Source of the DNA: Phoronis australis
Taxonomy: Eukaryota > Animalia > Phoronida
Length of the DNA: 64,000 nt
Direction of reading: 5' to 3'
NCBI GenBank assembly: GCA_002633005.1
Contig: NMRA01000197.1
Span: forward strand, 577,622 to 641,621
Of the stretch, positions 1-14,158 are shown one piece after another (the stretch's first letter is position 1; each line of letters starts with the position of its first letter). The notes beneath the pieces were generated by a model. It ran no database searches and had not been told where the DNA came from. It saw only the letters and a list, made by a program, of their open reading frames with translations. A program made the translations under genes and the position numbers.

Positions 1-429
1 TTCATGTGACGAAATCGAGAAGGGTTTTTAATTATCTTAAGAAAAACTCCAGAGACATGTTAAGTGCCAGAAACTTACCAGGATGCATGGAAATTTCACT
101 ATTTGGCTACAAAAACAAAAAATATCTTACACGGGAGGGGAAACCCCCCTACCGACCTCCCCCCGCTCGGCGCCACGCACCTAGGATTCGACCTTGGCGG
201 GAATCTTAAACCCCCCCTTGCTGAAATCGTAGATCCGCCACTGAATCGGTCTATATCCAGATCACCTCGTATACGGTCGATCTTACCTGTCGAAACTCTG
301 TCGTGTTAACCTGTGAAGAAAGTGAGAAACGACGCATCGACGTCAGTGGTTTTTCTACAGAATGAATTCCGCTATGGTGTGGTGTATTGCTCTCGCTTGT
401 GCGAACTATGAAGCCGCGAGGAAAGCGGG

Positions 430-565
430 CGTGCGTTCAGTAGACGCTAGGACCTAGCCAAAAGCTAGTCAAGGTCACGTGCTCTTATTTAAAATACACG
501 GCAATATCTCGCGTAATCTCGCAAAGTCTTGCTTTTAAGCTAGGTCCTAGCGTTACTGAACGGGA
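430..565 (+). repeat. Dispersed short repeat, inverted copy at 46195-46340
   Basis: GCGTTCAGTAGA..CTAGGACCTAGC..AGTCAA..CACGTG..CACGGCA..ATCTCGC..AAGTCTTGCTTTT shared; weaker copy at 41595-41680. Confidence 0.75.
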
Positions 566-637
566 GGCAGATATATCGTTTTTTCGATTTTGCGCGAAAG
601 CGCATAATGCTTCGGAAGTGGCTCACGGCATTGAAGA

Positions 638-2698
638 ATGAAAAGTACGACGTTAATACCAAGTATGAGGGCTTATCAAACAGCTCATGCCAGGGCAGAA
701 AAGAGACTGATGCTGAAGCCAGATGTTGTGCCTAGTGTGTTTGCGTTCGGCAGGCATGAGACAAAGAAACGCAGATCGGTTGTTGATCAGTTTTTGATTA
801 TGGAGAAATGTAGTTGGCCATGAATACATAAACAGTTACAATTAATTCAAGGCGTGAGAACATAACGTTTTATATAACCTGATTGATGACTGACTTGTTC
901 GTCAGGCTTCTGTTTGGTCCTCTAGGTGTAGGATGTTTTCTCCAGTTCTTTTTTCCAGCCCTAAAAACGTCGTAAGCGCACCTCTGTTTAAATGCGATGC
1001 AAAATTAGGATGGTCCGTGAGAAACATCTGCGCTTCTCCAAGAGGGCGTTTCACTTGAGGAATTTCGTTGCAGCAAACGCAAGCGTCAGTCATTTCCATT
1101 ATAGTGCGGTTAACTCACTGACACCATGACAAGTCATTCAAACGGTTTTCGGAAATATCCACATGTTCCGTTGTCTGCGCACATTCACGGAGCCTCTCTG
1201 GTGTTTCTTGAACAGTGTATCCCGGTTCGAAATGATAGCATGTGAAACCTAACGATCGACCTATGAAGTCTTTGTCGAATGAGCGCTCATCTAAGTCGGG
1301 ATTGCAAGTTGCCACGTTGACGTTTATTATTGTACGTTCCGTTTCAAAATGAATTATTCTCACCCTAACTGTTGATGATTGGTGGGACATTGTGCACGAG
1401 GTGGATTTGTTGGTCAGTATGATATGCCGGTAAATAAAATCACACCATGTTTCCGTACAAGAAACTATCAATCAGAATGTTTCATTCTATGGTCGCATCA
1501 GTATTTACATAATTATACACTAGTAGCATGCCCATATAAGGCAAGATACAGCAAACCCAAAAAGAGTGAATGCATTCCAAGTCTAGAGGATTTGACTAAT
1601 TATTTCTTATACAACAATTTCTTGTGCAATTTATAGTACCTCGATAGAGATCATCTTCCAACAATAATCAATGCTTATACAAAACTGAAACAAAGTATGT
1701 CTCATTAGATGCAATTTGTAATGCTTTGGAGTGTTTGTGAGTGCAAATGTTTTGAGAAGCCAGCAATGAATAAAAATCACTGCGTTATCGGCTTTAGATA
1801 TAATATAGCTAATTGACCGGGCACCGAGGCTGTGTAAGCGCATGCTAATTCAGTGTTTGCTGACAGAAAGCTGTTGTGAAACAACAACTTGATTTTATAT
1901 TCTTTGGCCAGATGTTAGGGGAATCTTTCTATAGATATTCACATACGTTATTCTAATCAATGTTATTGTACATATTTTGCCCTGACGGTTCTGTGGAAGG
2001 GTAACCTGACTTCGCGGCCCCCTACGAGCTAGTAAGTAGATTTGCAGTGTCGCAGCTAATTTGCCAAAATAACCAAGTGCACATTATTTCTTTGGCTCAC
2101 TTGTATAGTTCTTTCGTGACTGGAAGTTTAGTTTCCAACTTTGGCTGATTTATATTCGTGATGTCTTCAGTCCGTTCGCGATGGGCCTGATCGGGTTCGA
2201 AGCCACGGCCGGGGGAGCAAGCATTTTGTGTGTATAGAACTGGAAAGCTTGCAAATCTAAAATTAGAACACACAGCTATGTTTTCTTGTCTGTATTTCAC
2301 GGACGAATAATTCAATTTTATCACCGAACAGAACCCAAACGCCTGCGACCGACCTTGGTAAATTGGCCTACCGAACCTTGTTGGCTACGGTACGTTCAAA
2401 TACCTAAAACTCCGCAACAGTAAAATACAACAACACGTTTGTTAATAATATGGTGTATTTATAAGTGTTTTACATCTGATTTTGATGATTTATTGGTGTA
2501 AAACGACGAATTTAAGCGATAAGCTGAGACCTGTAAGAGTGTTGTGAACTGCTGAACAGACTGCATTCGAACCTCTGACGTCATTGGTTAATTTCAACAC
2601 CTCCGTCTGCCGTCAGGTGTCAGGTAAAAGAGCTGTACTTGCTACTCGATCTAAATTGTTACAAAATAGGTTGTTTTTTGGGTGGGTGGCAGTCTCCT
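638..2698. mobile_element. Degenerate Kolobok-like derivative: THAP C-terminal motif (+) convergent with KolX / P2X7-ballast-like fragment (-)
   Basis: LMLKPDVVPSVFAF (THAP AVPTIF box) at ~705-750; minus-strand YHFEP..RLNDLSWCQ*..MEMTDACVCCNEIPQV..LTDHPNF at 902-1260; right end GGCAGTCTCCT|TTAA at 2698. Confidence 0.6.
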
Positions 2699-2702
2699 TT
2701 AA

Positions 2703-5436
2703 GGATTCGAGACTGTATGAAGCGGTCGAACCGAAAAGTATTTTTTAACATCGAAGACAAAAGCCTACACCATAGGAAAGGCGTAAAAGTCTGAAATACA
2801 AAATGAAAAAATATCTAAATTGCATGGTGAATTCCAAAGTTATCGCTATTTATGTGTCAAATTTTGATCGAGCCGGCCATTTTACGACGTGAGCGACATA
2901 GGTAACGAATTTAAGGGCTTAAACATTATTTTCACAAATATTCTAGCAGTAAAACTCAGTGACACATATCCTTACCTACCATTCTGTACAGTCCCAGAGT
3001 TTACATAAAAATTTTTAACATCGTAGGTGTAATTTATAGAGTGGTTAAAGTCCTGCTCTCACGCGTTGTTAACCCTTATTACATGGTTAGAGGATGTTAT
3101 AAGGATCCAATAAGTACCTACCCCATAACTAATACACGATCCGTACTCGAAAAAAGTTTAAATGAACGCGCCACTCACGATTCGCATCCGAAGAACCACC
3201 ACCATTTTGAACTTGCCGCGAACCCGGAAGTACAATTCATTCAGGAACCCAGGCCGAGAAAACGCCGTCAGTGCGACTGGAGCAGTGCCTGTACTGTTAC
3301 CAGCCAGCAAATGGGGATAAAATAATCGACAGCGCGCCTTAATTTTAATAAAATCAAAATACGGACAACTTTATCGAATTTGCTGAAGAAATGTGGCGAA
3401 TAAATTTTGACAGAAATTATTTTGCTAGACTCGGGACCGCAGCGTATCGGACCCGGTGCCGATCGAGACCAGACACTGGCGAATGGTAAACGCATGCGGT
3501 TCCAAGCTGTTTTGTAGAAGTAAAATGGTCAAATCATAAATGCTGCATATATTCAAAGGTAGTTTCAGACACTTGCATGAAGTTACGGGCTGGTTAGTCA
3601 TGTTTCACACTGCCGCGGAATTTTTGGGAATGTCTCTCTTTTACTATAAGATTCAGTGGGTATGTTCAGAGCTATGAATTGCAGACGCTACATTTTGGTA
3701 CTTCCTGTCTTCTAGTGGAATATTGTCTCATTTTCTACTTTTTTCGGAATTCGTGCTTCTCTGACTGAGGCAGACCTTTTTCCAGTTCTCCAAAAAGGGA
3801 GCTCGTTCGAGCACATAAGTATGTTATCATTTCTTATTCATTAACCCAAAATGATTCAAACTTTTAACAAAATACGTAACTTAAAATGCACAATACTTAA
3901 CAACATTTAGCATTACAAACACTATTCAACAGCAAGTTTCCATGATATGAAAGTGGACATACATGTAACTATTACCATGGTGACGGAATAGTATTTCCTT
4001 ACACCAGAATTTGACAAGCATCATTTAAAAAAATATGAAGTTGCAAGGAACAAGAATTAGAGGCTTGAAGCTTTACAATCCAACATAGCTTATTTCTCAA
4101 ATTAAGATTTTTCATATTGTTGACTTGATAACCTGATGACTTGAAAGCAATTGCGACTAAAAATTAAGAAAAATATGAATCATTTTGTGACACCGAATCA
4201 AGTCTTGAACAGCAGTTGACAGTCAAACAAAAAACCATTTCAAAATTATTTCAACTATTTTTTTAGCTTAGTGTAAGATCACCTGAATGGGAAATTTACA
4301 GTAAAATAATTCGAATATATCTTTTATTTTTGCACAAAAACACGAAAATTGAANCATAAGTATGACAAGTCCAATACAAAATGTTATTATTTTTTATTCA
4401 TTAACCCAAAATGATTCAAACTTTTAACATGATAAGTAACTTAAAATGCACAATACTTTACAACATTTAGCATTACAAACACTATTCAACAGCAACAGTT
4501 TCCATGATATGAAAGTGGACATACATGTAACTATTACCTTGGTGACGGAAGATGTTCCTTACACCAGAATTTGACAAGTATCATTTAAAAAATATGAAGT
4601 TGCAAGGAACAAGAATTAGAGGCTTGAAGCTTTACAATCCAACATAGCTTATTTCTCAAATTAAGATTATTCATATTGTTGACTCGATAACCTGATGACT
4701 TGAAAGCAATTGAGACTTAAAATTTAGAAAAATATGAATCATTTTGTGACACCGTATCAAGTCTTGAACGGCAGTTGACAGACAAACCAAACACCATTTC
4801 AAAATTATTTCAACTATTTTTTTAGCTTAGTGTCAGATCACCTGAATGGGAAATTTACAGTAAAATAATTCGAATATATCTTATATTTTTGCACAAAAAC
4901 ACGAAAATTGAACAAAGTTTCTTCTTTGTAGCAACGTTTGTCAAAATATATCAACGTTAAATCTTCACAAATTACAAAGTAGCCGATTGAACATGCCTTT
5001 CAGTTCAGCAAAAGTCGCCATGTTGTCGGTGCCGCCAGAAATGAGACGAAGTCCAAAGGGAATTTTGATCACATTTATCACTTAATGAGTAACAACTGCG
5101 AGGCTGAAATTTGGTGAACACTGTTAAATCGTGCAGAATAGTAAGTAAGGATATGTCTAACTAAATTTCACCGTAATTTGTTGGCGAAAACAATTTACAC
5201 AAAGTTTTAAACTCGTAACTTATCCCACTGTCCTCCAATATGGCCGACACGATCCAAACAAAGTGACCCAAATTTCGCCACAAAACTTGCAATAACTTTA
5301 CACTGCTTGCCCCGATTTTGATACTTTTTCGATTTTTACTGAGTAGAATGCACTACCTTTCCGATGATGGCAAAGTACTTTTTCAAAACGAGAAAAAAAT
5401 AAAACCGAAAAAAATTGGTTCGACCCATATTGGTTC
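2703..5436. mobile_element. Non-autonomous DNA transposon with long imperfect inverted ends, starting at TTAA
   Basis: left ~330 bp shares ordered motifs (GGTCGAACC, GGAAAGG, AAAGTTAT, GACATATCCTTAC) with the reverse complement of 5100-5436; second 5' copy at 25877-26220 also begins TTAA|GG. Confidence 0.65.
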
Positions 5437-6992
5437 CTAGGTTCGACTGGCCTACGTAAGGAACTAAACACCAATGCTATTTTAAAATACTAAGTACGTG
5501 TAACATTCCAAAAAAATCAACGACCACTAACTACAAACTATAAATACACTACATATGCAAACGAATCACGAGATATTACTAATAAAACAAAATAATGAAG
5601 ACTTTTCGAGCAAGCACATTCAGTTACAAGGAAAAAATGGCGGCGTTCAGGACAAATTCCTGAACTGATGAGCTGGAAATGTGGGTACGAAATAACCTAT
5701 GGCAGCCGGTAATTATACGCTCACAGAGAAGGGTCAAATACTGTTAAAAAATCGCGTTTGGCAAGAAAGGCGAAAAGAATATTAAGAAAGGGTGTCGAAA
5801 ATAAGAGTTTATGTAGTAAGTATTTTCGGATACTGGAACCACATGGGCAGTTTGAGAGCAGGACTTTAAATAAAGTGCGCACAATTCATCCTGGACAACA
5901 TAGCAACTTTTCTGAACCGAAAGGCATGTTTAACAGGCAACAATGTCATCGGTGAAGATTTAACTAAATACATTTGAAAGCAGTTTTGCACAATTTTCCA
6001 GTGCTTGTGCCATAACTATTAACAGCTTGTTACTTAAAATAACTTATTCTTATTAAAATATATTAGGCAAAAATTGCCGAATTTCGGGCTTCAAAAGTGA
6101 GGCCCCCCACATTAATATGGACGGCCCGTCGGAAGGCAACTTTTGAGCGAGGCCGCCTATATTGATACAAGGGTCCCGCAGGAAGGCAACCGACGATCGG
6201 GGCTGCCTACATTAATATAAGACTCCTCGCTCATCGGCTGCTTTTGGCGGGGCCTGTAAATTATTATTGGTGGCCTCATTGATCGGCTGGCTTCCGGCAG
6301 GGCCGCCAATATTAATAAAGAGGGCCCCACTTGAAGGCGGCTTACGAGCGAGAATTCGCATGCAGAAATTCACGTCATTTCCTCTTCCCGATATGGCACC
6401 CCAGCACGATTGAAAAATGATGAAAATGCATCAGAGCGGCTATTTTGAAAACAACTTCCGGTTAAGATGCATGACATGAAAAATTTCGAAGCAATTGGGC
6501 TTACAATGTGCTCTCAACAGGGCAACACGTTTTCGTCCCAAAATCGATGTACCCATGCGCAATGGCCGATATTTCCGCTATATTTGACTGTAGTAGACGT
6601 CTGCTAATATATTCGTGGCGATTTCCAGTCGTGTATGAAAAACAAGAGCAACGCGGAGAGCTGAAATGCGCCCACAAATGCACCGCAAACGTTGTGCTTC
6701 TCGGTATGCATATTTGTATAATAAAAATGGCCACCAGATGGCGCAAAATAAGTCATATCCATCAAAAGCTGGAAAATGCCATCGTTTCTTTAGTAGAAAG
6801 CTATTTAGCAATTTATATAAAAGTCTGTATAGAAACTTCAGAGAAACAAAAGGAAAGCAAAAAAAAATGGAAGAGCCACTAGGGGGCACAGCGTTTATCG
6901 GATGCGTCTGAAAGTCGTCAACGTCTGTTCTCAACTTTATATGAGTACACGTGCTAAATTTAATAAAGATCCTGCAGTGGGCTTGGGACATT

Positions 6993-7351
6993 TAGCATGC
7001 ACTAATGATTGAAAAGGGTAGACACTTAAAACTTAGCAGACCAGAAAGGTTATGCCATCTCTGTGTTAGGACATATGTCGAGTCAGAATATCATTTTGTT
7101 ACCGAATGTCCATTCTACGATGACTTTAGGAAACGGTATTTGCCTGCATGGAGCTACAACAATCCCAATGTTACAAAATTTAACAGACTCATGACTATGG
7201 AGGAAAAAGATCTTATATGGTCAACATGTAAATATGTTCATTTCGCATTCAAGCAAAGAAGAGCTCGGTTTACTTTCAGTATTTGACACTTAAATTTATT
7301 GTATTTGATGATTTGATCGTAAAAAGGTCCGGAGGCCTAGTTATTGAATAA

Positions 7352-7392
<41 letters not shown>
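6993..7392 (+). mobile_element. LINE 3' end (ORF2 C-terminal Cys/His motif) with (TA)n tail
   Basis: IEKGRH...RPERLCHLC...VESEYHFVTECPFYDDFRKRYL; short 3' UTR, AATAAA, (TA)n running into a gap. Confidence 0.8.
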
Positions 7393-9111
7393 NNNNNNNN
7401 NNNNNNNNNNNNNNNNNNNNNNNNNNNNNNNNNNNNNNNNNNNNNNNNNNNNNNNNNNNNNNNNNNNNNNNNNNNNNNNNNNNNNNNNNNNNNNNNNNNN
7501 NNNNNNNNNNNNNNNNNNNNNNNNNNNNNNNNNNNNNNNNNNNNNNNNNNNNNNNNNNNNNNNNNNNNNNNNNNNNNNNNNNNNNNNNNNNNNNNNNNNN
7601 NNNNNNNNNNNNNNNNNNNNNNNNNNNNNNNNNNNNNNNNNNNNNNNNNNNNNNNNNNNNNNNNNNNNNNNNNNNNNNNNNNNNNNNNNNNNNNNNNNNN
7701 NNNNNNNNNNNNNNNNNNNNNNNNNNNNNNNNNNNNNNNNNNNNNNNNNNNNNNNNNNNNNNNNNNNNNNNNNNNNNNNNNNNNNNNNNNNNNNNNNNNN
7801 NNNNNNNNNNNNNNNNNNNNNNNNNNNNNNNNNNNNNNNNNNNNNNNNNNNNNNNNNNNNNNNNNNNNNNNNNNNNNNNNNNNNNNNNNNNNNNNNNNNN
7901 NNNNNNNNNNNNNNNNNNNNNNNNNNNNNNNNNNNNNNNNNNNNNNNNNNNNNNNNNNNNNNNNNNNNNNNNNNNNNNNNNNNNNNNNNNNNNNNNNNNN
8001 NNNNNNNNNNNNNNNNNNNNNNNNNNNNNNNNNNNNNNNNNNNNNNNNNNNNNNNNNNNNNNNNNNNNNNNNNNNNNNNNNNNNNNNNNNNNNNNNNNNN
8101 NNNNNNNNNNNNNNNNNNNNNNNNNNNNNNNNNNNNNNNNNNNNNNNNNNNNNNNNNNNNNNNNNNNNNNNNNNNNTCTAGGTGTCAATTTTTTTCCAAT
8201 GCAATGTTACGACATTTACTGAATTAAGGCTTATTCATGTTAATTCGATAACTGAGCTGGTGGTCCTGGGGGTGGGGTCCACGATAAAATAACGAAACTC
8301 ACTCATCTAGAGAATTTTATTAGAAACAGCATAGCTTTGAAGAGAAACTGCTGTGAAAAAGTCACTCTTGACTTCTGTGCATCACGTACCATACACCTCT
8401 TATTTTAGGAGCACTCCCACCCAGGACAATATGAATATGTGCTGCTAGCCTACCCGGCATCGGGTGAGTTTCCAAAAAGAAACACTTAGTTCCACTCAAT
8501 AAACCTGTTATTCAGTGGGGTAACTGGTGGGGACAACATCACCGAACGACGTTGATACAAACTGATTGCTAAAAACTTACCAAGTAATGTTGTGTAGTCT
8601 CCGAATGCCGGGAACTGCATAGTCATAGAGCACACACGGGGCTTCAGCATCCACACACCTTTTGTCAGTTAGTTGACCCTGTTGACCGCAATTGTCCACG
8701 AATATAGTAACCTTAGGTCTTTTGGGAATTTGTGGCCACCTGTCGAAGACTTGCACCAGGGAAATTAGCAGTAATAAGGCTTAGCGCGACAACGTATTTT
8801 GATAAAAATTCCATCTTTTACCAGTTGTTTACATGGAGATAGCCACGCATGCGCAATTCAATCACCACTAGTACAGCAGCGACACCCCGAGGAGAATTCT
8901 CCGAATAGCCCCATTGTAGATGCGCATAGCACCGAATGGGGGGAGGTCGGGAGGGGGGTTTGCCCCCCGCCCAGGAAATTTTTATGTTTTTACCTCTAAA
9001 AATCAAGCATTTTCCTTGATTCATGAAGTATAATCCAAGAAAAGAAGGCAAAAAAAAAAAAAAAAAAAAAAACGGAGAACGTGTCAAACAGGAAAAGTTG
9101 CAAGTTCCAAA

Positions 9112-9168
9112 GATTTGAACTCACGACCTAGCGGTTACAGCGCGCGCGCAATACCAATACACCACCAC
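9112..9168 (-). mobile_element. tRNA-derived SINE head, degenerate
   Basis: TGGTGTATTGG ... GAGTTCAAATC. Confidence 0.4.
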
Positions 9169-11324
9169 GAAATAAATACTAATCGCATACTAAGAGACCT
9201 ACTTGTTTATGGTCAACAGCGTTTGCGCGCGAAACCTACTTCTTTTTGTAATGCTTATTACGCGTTTTATATTTTGTGCCATCAATTCTTAAAAAATTTG
9301 TCGTATTTAAAATAGTCTTCAAATGCCCAAAAGACCAAATCCGTTTTTCGTGTTGGCAATAATGACGGGATGGCTTTGGAAATCGTCCTAAGATAAGGTT
9401 TGACAAAGAGAGTATTGCGAGTTTCTGAGTGATTCACTAAGGATTCGATTAAAATTCACAGCTTACCAGCAGCTTCTGTTTTTTCTTCGTCACTCAGGTT
9501 CCATTTTCTTTAAAAAATGAAGTAAATTTTCTTCATTGCACAGTGGAGCAGACGACGGAAAAGGAGTCGTAGTGCGCAGCGCCACTGCCGGTCGCCTGGG
9601 ATATCGCGGAAGAGCCTATACTTAGCCATAGTTCCGTTACGAATGCGTCGTGTTCAGAATTTGACACTTGAAATTGGATTTGAGCCCCCCCCAACACTAA
9701 AACTGCACACATTCAAATCTTTTTTCATCCGTATAATTCTAATTACCGGGGTTAATCAATAAACGCAACATTTCCCTACGCTCTTACTGTTTTATTTTTT
9801 TTTGCGGCAGACAAGGGGGGGGGGGGGGTCNNNNNNNNNNNNNNNNNNNNNNNNCCCCCCCCCCCCCCTAAATCCGCCTATGCGTTGATAGAGGGTTGAA
9901 TGTCAAAAACAGATTCGAAAACGCCAAAAATGGCCACTAAGTGACGCAAAATGCCTTAGATACTTCCGAAAATGGAAGAATAGAGTCATGTCACTAATAG
10001 ATGCCTATATTCCAAATTTTATGAAAATCTGAGATGTACACCACACATGGAGGTTTCAGAACAAACTCCATGATAGCAAGTCTTTTGAAGACAACGGGAA
10101 TTCTACAAACGAAGTACAAGGTGGCGCGAAAGGGGCCGAGTTCTATTCAGCCAAGCACTCTCAAATTCTTACAGACTGAGTTTTCCACACCGTAGATATG
10201 AGCAAATGGAAACAGGTATACATATTCTGAACAAACCAGTGTCAAAGAAATTATAGCTTTCAACTCCGCCCGCCGAGTGGAAGTGGGAAACTTATCGTTA
10301 CAACAAAAACGACATATATTATTTATACATGGATTACAGACATTAGCGTTTATTACAAAGTGCACTCAGATTTCCACATGTCCGAAGTCAATGGTCGCCA
10401 ACAATTTCCCGTTTATTCCCCAATGATCAATACCCGAGTTTGACTACTGATCAGCGACATTTTTGCCGAAAATATATTTTTAATGAATAGCGTGGATTCG
10501 TATTTTAAGCAATGCGCGTACTGTTAAGAAACGTAGATGATCTACCTGTACGCAATGTGCCGATTCGACCAAGAACGTATTTTTTAACGCCAACTATTCC
10601 CACAAATGGGCGTCTTGGGATCTAGTTTCGTACGACAAAGATCACCAGATGTCAGAAACTGGGGAACTTTTGTGTTGAAAATTCTGCACCCAGAATCCAC
10701 TGAGCTACGTGTAAAGGTTACGACAGACTTTTTGACTCAAAATTGTCGAGCTGATTAATGGTTTCAGTTACTTATTAATGACTTTAGTGTAGTCGCGAAA
10801 ATTGTTAGACCAACATGGATGAACAAGAGTATGAGTTGCGTTGAAAAACGTTATTTCGTTTGTTATTTGTAGTTACTCGGTTCATCCATGTTGGTTTAAC
10901 GATTTTCGTTACCACACTGTTTTTCAAACCAATTTACGGCATAAATCACGACGAAACTAGAAGAGTAAACGGTAAATGCGTTGAAATATGAATGAGCCAA
11001 AGTGGCGTGTAACAGCTACAAACCATGGTCGGCCAAACAGTCTCACATAAGCAAAATACTATTAAAGAATATAGTCACGTGAAAAATGAACGCGGTGGAA
11101 GCTCCATCGCTAACACAAAAACCACCAACAGATGGCGAATTAAGTCAAACTACTAACAGAGTGCGTTGGCTCCTACATTCAGTGTAACTATTTTTAGTCG
11201 AGTTCATCGATCGATAAGACACAAGACTGCAGACAGATATAAACAGGATGAAAATCAAACTCAGACTTTCTCATTGGGGCCACCAGTGAAACGCTCAAAC
11301 TGTACGTTATTTAACTTCATGGCA

Positions 11325-11680
11325 CAATTGACCTATTGCAAGCTCCGCCCCCTTGCGTAATGTCGACATACAAACAATAAGTTTTACCTGGCAACGTGTC
11401 TGTCGGGTACAGTGGCGGCATAGAAATGAAGGGGTGTCAAGAATGCTGCGTTCCTATTGGTCAGTTAAGCCGGCTCTCAAAATCCTGGCGATTGGTCAAT
11501 TGACCTATCACTAGCTCCGCTCCCTTACGGATGTCGGCTAACAAACAATAAGTTTTACACGGCAACGTGTGGTTTGTCGGATAAAATGGCGGCTTGGAAA
11601 CGACGGTGTGTCAATAATGCTGTGTTCTAAATGGTCAGTTAAGCCGTCACTCAAAATCCTGGTGATAGGTCGATTATTGA
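11325..11680. repeat. Two-copy ~173-bp tandem repeat
   Basis: CAATTGACCTAT..AGCTCCGC..ACAAACAATAAGTTTTAC repeated at 11325 and 11498. Confidence 0.85.
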
Positions 11681-14158
11681 TACTGCGTGCGGAACAACTA
11701 CGGAAGATTTAGCACACACACACATGAACGCTATTGGAGTGGTGGTACTTTTCGAAAACTATTTATTACTAAATAAGAAACAAACGAACACAGAAACACA
11801 GACACAAATTCACATTTTGTCAGCTCTGTCATTGAAAGAAAATAAATACACTTAACGGGGCACACTACAGTTGCACGCCTAAGTGGAGACGAGTCCTTAC
11901 CTCACGTCTTTACCAAGGCAGCCTAAAATATAGAGGGGGCGGGGGGGGCTCGAATTTTGCGGTCATGTGAACCTTTTACTGGAACAAGAAGACGAGTACT
12001 AAAAAAACGGGGTACTAGGTTCAACCCCGTGCATTGTGCATTCGCGACGAATTTCTGGGGACTTTTGTCTGTTTCCTCGGACATTTTGTTTCTCTAAGAA
12101 GGATCTTTTTGTCCACTTCGTCAAATAGGGATTCGCGCATATATTAGCCAGGATTTTTCCCGTCGGACTTTCGCACCCCCGAACTGCCAAATGGAATCTG
12201 GGAGAATTTAAGGGGGTCTTGGGCCCCCTCTAAATCCGCCACTGGGTTAATCCGCAACAGGGGGTTGGGATAAGCAGACACGATACCCGCAATTGGCGAT
12301 CTTTCAACAATGTTCGATACGCGGATGTTTAGGTGTGGGGGTCACCTGAGTAACGCGCGGCAAGGGAAATCTTGCTTTTTCAATATATGCTGTGAAAGTA
12401 CTGAAAGGCGTGCAGACCAGGAATATGATGTGGGGAAGCTGGGCTGAAGCGAAAACAATCACAATTTTTCGAACAGTCCTTCGTTCAGTTGCCCAACTTG
12501 GCAATTGGCCATTTTTACACTGCTCGTGTCAGGATATAATATCTGATTACTGAACTGCAGGCATGAAGACTAATCCAAAATACTTGGCCATACTGTATGT
12601 TAAGAATCTTCCTATCACAAACAGGTTTTCTTACTATAAAATCAAATTTGGAACCGTGAGAACTGATTCCAAGCGTGCGTGGGAGAAGAATTTATTTTAA
12701 ATTTCTCGGCGGCTAAGGGATGCGCAGTACGTATATCAGATTAAGGGCGGGGGTGTATAGGAACGACGGTTCAAAATAATGTGTGGGAGTGGGGCTGATC
12801 TCTTTGTGAGCACATAATTACACGGTGTGGGGATACTGCAAAACGCCGACAAGTGCCTGGTGCTTGATCGGGGGTGACTTGAGATCCGTGAGAGAGGAAT
12901 ACCCTGCGTGAGAGAACAATATTTGTCCGTTGGCAATCCCGAGCGATGCACAGGAGAGGAATTGAGTCAGTGTTCTTTGCTTTTTACATTACGGAGTTCT
13001 CCCGTTTAGTCTAACTTGTTAGATTGTAGAGTACAGGTTGGGCGGATGACCGTTGTGACCAATATCTTACACCGACGACTGATTAAGTCCATTCTGGCAA
13101 TGAGGGTTATAGGGTCACCTCTCTTTTGTTCGGTAGTTTCTCTAATCTCCAATAAGATCATATCTTATTGACTCACTTGGCTGTGGTATTAAAAATAAGT
13201 TATAAAATGTTTGAACATAAACCAATGACATTTCTGAATTCCCCATCAAAAACTTGTCATGCTTAAAGTTTTTGAATCACCAAAATCTCCCAACTATACA
13301 ATCGAAGTTAAGACGCGCTCACAACCGCTGTACGTCTGTAAAGTCGCGGAACGGGAGAACGCCCTAATTAATGAACTTTAAAAGCCTGTCATTTATCTTT
13401 ATGACTCCAACGAGGTCATTTTTCACAATACTTCATATTAAATTTAGACCCCCCCTTAAATGCGACCTGGGACGTATTTAAATTTTACGTAGTTACCCGG
13501 GGTCATCTTCAATACTGATAACTAAGGCTTATTGGGGCACAACAAAAGTACGTCCCAAGTGAGCAGCACGTCTCCTGGATATAATGTATTTGCATCGAGC
13601 GACACAAATTAAATGATAATGTTGCGCGATCTTACTGGTTTTTCTTGAAAAAACGAAAAAGAAATAAAATAAAACGCTCACAGTGGATAAAAAGCGTACA
13701 GCCGCTCAGACAATTCGAGAATCTGCCACTGATTGCGATCTTCTATTAGTTTGATATTTTCTCTATCAACTGATTGACACTTAAAAAAACGCATGTAAGT
13801 GCAATATCACATGTTTTTTATGTTTCTGGAAAAAATCACACTCTTCCGCCTCTTTATTTGTTGGATATCGCGCTTTGAGAAGAGCAATTTACCCCGATTG
13901 TTTACACGGCAATTAGCCGTGTCACGTGACTAGTAACACTCTCCAATATGGCGTCAAGTTGTCAGCTGCAGTAGCGCGTGCGCCCGGTCTATGACTCAAG
14001 ATTATTGTAATGTATTTAGACGACGAATCTGGTGGCAACTGAACGTCGATTGCTTAACGTTTTATTACGACAATGGAGTTGCCAACTACATGTAAGCGAT
14101 ACCTGCATTCTTAATTGCGGACACTGTTCAAGGAAAGTTGCGTGATTTTCAGCATTAA

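Noticed and set aside
3815-4915. ~560-bp tandem duplication
   Set aside because: Near-identical copies joined at a single N (4354); probably overlapping haplotype contigs
7337-8222. Long ORFs spanning N runs (also 31233-31532 and 50823-51483)
   Set aside because: Assembly gaps, no sequence information
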